Assembly: GCA_020137815.1 (NCBI GenBank)
Contig: CM035353.1
Coordinates: 8,866,001-8,930,000, forward strand
DNA: 64,000 nucleotides
Reading direction: 5' to 3'
Source: Hormiphora californensis
Taxonomy: Eukaryota > Animalia > Ctenophora
This document shows, piece after piece, positions 61,101 to 64,000 of this stretch. The notes beneath the pieces are model-generated. The model ran no database searches. It had not been told where the DNA came from and saw only the letters and a list, made by a program, of their open reading frames with translations. Within the stretch, counting starts at the first letter, position 1. The number at the start of each line of letters is the position of its first letter. The translations under genes and the position numbers were made by a program.

Positions 61101-61815
61101 CGACCCTGATGCGACTTGGGCTTGGCTCAACAAGGAGAGCCTCAGCAGATACACCGAAGCCGATGTGTTTGCCGCCCAAGATCAAGCCATTCGCACAAAC
61201 TGGATACAAGCTGCTATAGAAAAACAACAAGGAGTGTCCGAGAAATGCCGTATCTGCAACCAACACAATGAGTCTGTGGAGCACATCCTAAACGGGTGCC
61301 AAAAGCTTGCCAATGGAGACTATAAACTGCGTCACGATCGAGTAGCTGCTGCACTACACTGGGGAGTGTGCAGAGACCATGGATTCCCCGCTGAGTCCAA
61401 GTGGTACAACCACTACGCAGACAAAGTGCTAGAAAACGATGACTATAAGATACTCTGGGATTTTCTCATACAAACAGACAACCCCATTGAGGCCTGCAAG
61501 CCCGACTTAGTCCTTGTGGACAAACGGAAAAAAGAGGCACTCCTCATTGATGTTGCCGTACCGAAAGACCGGTTAGTCTCAGACAGGGAGGTGGAGAAGA
61601 TCGAGAAGTACCAAGAACTACGGAGAGAGATCACGAGAATTTGGGAGCTCAAAAAGGCCACGGTCATTCCCATCGTGATTGGAGCTCTTGGCGGAGTTAG
61701 CCCCCGACTGGAGAAGTACTTGCAGGCTATAACCCGGCAAATCTACCCCTCACAGCTCCAAAAATCAGTCCTCTTCAACTCGATGAACACGCTCCGGAAA
61801 GTTCTCAACATGTAA
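58165..61815 (+). CDS. R4-like polyprotein: 2x Myb-like, reverse transcriptase, CCHC knuckle, RLE nuclease
   Basis: NFRPITCL, FIDYQKAYDSIPH, RGLFQGDAISP, LYMDDLK, YKYLG, GGRGL, CRIC-x8-H-x4-C, RHD, KPDLVLVD..LLIDVAVP..EKIEKY; uninterrupted frame. Confidence 0.96.
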   Translation: MSTNTRKPRKVWSKQENLDLVYCYYRSNPGTSGSWKRLERLWEDKGYDPLPGKKLAGQFRSIEKSEHMVTPTEMTDMQALATGLNVLPVVDLTVNSNTSGPSTTTNGDTTEPPPPPPPPTRAPRTKWTTEMNTTLVFIHWYSQPEIRGVWNRVEERWLKTTYPSKTDTQLRSQMNSITHTGLLSPQRLMEIREAATSERENDDAARQAEQEDNPPPEPVAPTTSADNEEPAPNPEIREQFKKLLEEPSAIKVTDLRQVPWGKLRVAIDRLSPVIRSFEVPDLTTLNTLLMVVAHIVREQMGIKPPSETTSNSPGRNKQPMWLRRLEESVGKLRADLSRLTEMSRGATQKFQTIDTIYRRYPLLPKKGYKQVIEEVKQRLLAKAGKIKRYKKKQQRFKDNNLFQNNQRDFYRKLEKRGSPPTPLETTAEDQTRTMNFWKNIWENETGHNTEAEWLDGVQGNFETITQQEDFQITPERVASRVKGMTNWSSPGIDGLHAFWIKHTTCLHGRIAELLNGSLTTSQIPDWMTEGRTYLLIKDPKKGMSNPGNFRPITCLPNLWKLYTGILSEDIYQHLDVNSLFPEEQKGCRKKSRGCKEQLAIDKLILRHCKRNKSSLHMAFIDYQKAYDSIPHSWILKSMEMCKINPQIIRLFEASFQQCVVNIVQSGSSLGKIHIKRGLFQGDAISPIHFIIGLIPLSLLLTAEGRGYTISEPDAQEEGEDITINHRLYMDDLKLYASSRGDLQHLLEITEKFSTDINMSFGIAKCGSLDIVDGVRQHMQGIELPSGNTIPEVEDGGYKYLGILEVDVILHQEMKTKVKTEYVRRVKRLLSSSLHGKNLATAINTWAIPVIRYGAGILDWTTTDAKGLDMITRKILRRGFLKSNSDIDRLYVSRKLGGRGLQRIEDVIVKEEIGLVSFFSNSTDTKIRALHTAMVKEDMLNKPPENAEALKERLEGQLIDNWKGKPLHGRFLKQLEEGGCDPDATWAWLNKESLSRYTEADVFAAQDQAIRTNWIQAAIEKQQGVSEKCRICNQHNESVEHILNGCQKLANGDYKLRHDRVAAALHWGVCRDHGFPAESKWYNHYADKVLENDDYKILWDFLIQTDNPIEACKPDLVLVDKRKKEALLIDVAVPKDRLVSDREVEKIEKYQELRREITRIWELKKATVIPIVIGALGGVSPRLEKYLQAITRQIYPSQLQKSVLFNSMNTLRKVLNM

Positions 61816-62223
61816 TCAGCCTCCGGATACCCCATGGATTCCCCCCCCCCCCCCCCCATTTTGTATTTTCACCCGTTCCTGCTTGTTTTTAGGCTGCCTT
61901 AGATTCCGTTCCAGAAGTTTGCTTCTTCGGCTCCTGATAGGTTGAATCTTCTTAGTCTCCGTTGCAGAAGGTTGGGCTTCTTTCCAGATAGTTTAGAAGG
62001 TCTTGTGCTCCGTCACCATGAGCTTTATTCCCCCTTGTTTATTTTTATCCTTACTTTACCCCATATGTACATTGTTCAACATACCCTTATGTACATTGTT
62101 CTACCTACCTTTACTCCGCAGGCCCTCCGGGCCCTCAGATCCAACAGGATCCGGGCTCGGGGGATTTAACCCTGCTCTCGCACGGGGCCTTACGGCCCCG
62201 TGTGGGAGTGGTGCGTGTAGTGG

Positions 62224-62362
<139 letters not shown>

Positions 62363-62882
62363 TTGAAGAAATTTAATATTGAACAAAATATAGGAAAATG
62401 GAAAAACACTATAGAACAGCCCGTAAGTTAGTCCGTCCCCGTGTGAGGAAAATCGCTAGTCACACTTAAAACAAAAGGCACTCAAAACAGTTTCTCGAAG
62501 ATCCACAGGCTTGTGAGGAAGACAGTTCCACAGGAGTATGGAGCTGAACTATCGAAAGAAAATGGGCCGCTTGCAGCCGGCGTGTCGTTATGAGCTACAT
62601 CGGAGCCACATGCAGCACCATAGTTTTGAGTGCAGTGGCTGGGTAACACATTAGACAACCACCAACAAGAAGAGGAAGACCAGGAAGGATAGAGCAAGAG
62701 GAATTCTAATTTCTGAGTTGTAATTGGCCGTTGGGATTTGTATTGGGAATCACACAGCAACATTTTACTTTTGTACTGTTACTATAACTGAACACCGGAT
62801 AATGGATAACTATAAAAGGCACATGGCACACCCCACCCAAAGCGAAGCCACTTCAATCCCTTATCGTGATATGAATCATGTA

Positions 62883-63054
62883 CATTCGGACCCCGATTTA
62901 CCGGGCCCCGATTTACCGGAACCCCGATTTACCGGGAGGATAAATTTCCCCCGATCTAGGAAATTAACGGTATTTGACCCCGATATACCGGACACCCCGA
63001 TTTACCGGGCAAAACCCTTTCCCCCGAGCATCCCGGTAAATCGGGGTCCGACTG
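62883..63054. mobile_element. Tc1/mariner(pogo)-type MITE
   Basis: TA|CATTCGGACCCCGATTTACCGGG ... CCCGGTAAATCGGGGTCCGACTG|TA. Confidence 0.85.
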
Positions 63055-63598
63055 TAATTGAATCGTACATCGAGTCAGCTCTAATAAGCGGTAACTTACA
63101 CACGGAGATCAAGGTTGTTCACAAGTTGGTATGGCTGCATCGTGTTGGTATGGAAGTGTTCTAGAGGATTTGATATCCTTCATACCAAATAGCCAAAACA
63201 GACACTTTTGGATATGCATTAGACCCATTACATTAGTTAACTTAAAACCGGTTTCAAGATGATCCAAGCACTCCTTCTTTGGACATGACCACACACCAAT
63301 AGTCTAGTGGTCCTGACTAAAGAGAAAGGCCCTAAATTTTTCCACAAGTCTTAGATTAATGGCATCAGTGAAAAGTCTCTAAACCATTCCTAAGAATTAT
63401 TCTGATGAAATGCGATCAGTACAGGGGGTTAGGTAGCTTAGTGGTATAGCTCCGACATCGGTTTACATCTTTTCAATCATAAATCAACTCATTTTGTTGA
63501 ATTAATTATCATTTTAGGGGTACTATGAGATCTCATAACATTGTTACACGATATCAATCGTAGAAAACCAAATTCCTATTCTTGAATTTGAAATAATA

Positions 63599-64000
63599 CA
63601 GTCGGACCCCGATTTAACGGCCCCCGATTTAGCGGCACCCCGATTTAACGGCAGGATAAAATTTTTTTGAAATTTTTCAAAGGTGTATCAACCACTTCCG
63701 AATCGTGTTTCGAATCGGTGGATCTTATTGCATGTCTTACCGGCAATTAGACGGTTCGAATCGAACAGATATGGTCATTTTTTTTAACTTGTGCAAATTT
63801 GTCAAAAAATATTATTTTCCAACGAAGATTATGTGTAAAAGTGTATAGGGAATAGATTTACAGGAAAAATAAATTAAAAACTCATCTCGTGAGGTGCCGG
63901 TGACCATGTTTGCGAAAGCGTGTGCCATTCCGTCAAATTTTAATATTTTTTCCTAAAATTTTTGAAAATATGCTGAAAATGTCCAATATAAACACCTTTA
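63599..64000. mobile_element. Left part of a related TA-flanked element, cut by the window end
   Basis: TA|CAGTCGGACCCCGATTTAACGG. Confidence 0.65.

Noticed and set aside
58236-61673. Antisense ORFs within the R4-like ORF
   Set aside because: Shadow frames of a long coding sequence
62482-63320. Exon-like minus-strand segments
   Set aside because: Splice-like signals exist but every frame hits a stop before the donor; no consistent gene model

Overview
Repeat-dense animal nuclear DNA. It is probably a ctenophore: three genomic copies match the ctenophore spliced-leader (SL) exon ...AACTTTTCAACACTACTTTAAACAAATTAATTTGAG as I recall it (not database-checked). Two intron-rich + strand host genes can be assembled by eye from phase-compatible exons: gene A (5 exons, 84-9487, possibly 5'-incomplete) and gene B (9 exons, 14881-54080/54102, Gln-rich); I recognise neither product. 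Introns and intergenic DNA are packed with nested MITEs (TA, TTAA, 3/8/9-bp TSDs), non-autonomous Helitrons, LINE fragments, a solo LTR, tRNA-derived SINE heads and micro/minisatellites. Two items stand out. (1) SL exon copies are fused directly to hammerhead-ribozyme-like cores (8872-8946, 14565-14703), while a fourth, SL-less hammerhead (11328-11369) has a splice acceptor 2 nt upstream of its core, suggesting SL trans-splicing into retroelement hammerheads followed by retrotransposition. (2) An apparently intact R4-like RT/RLE retrotransposon (56361-62226) has a 5' HDV-like ribozyme and two Myb-like domains and sits in (GA)n, as does a truncated sister copy. Coordinates were read by eye and may be off by a few bases.
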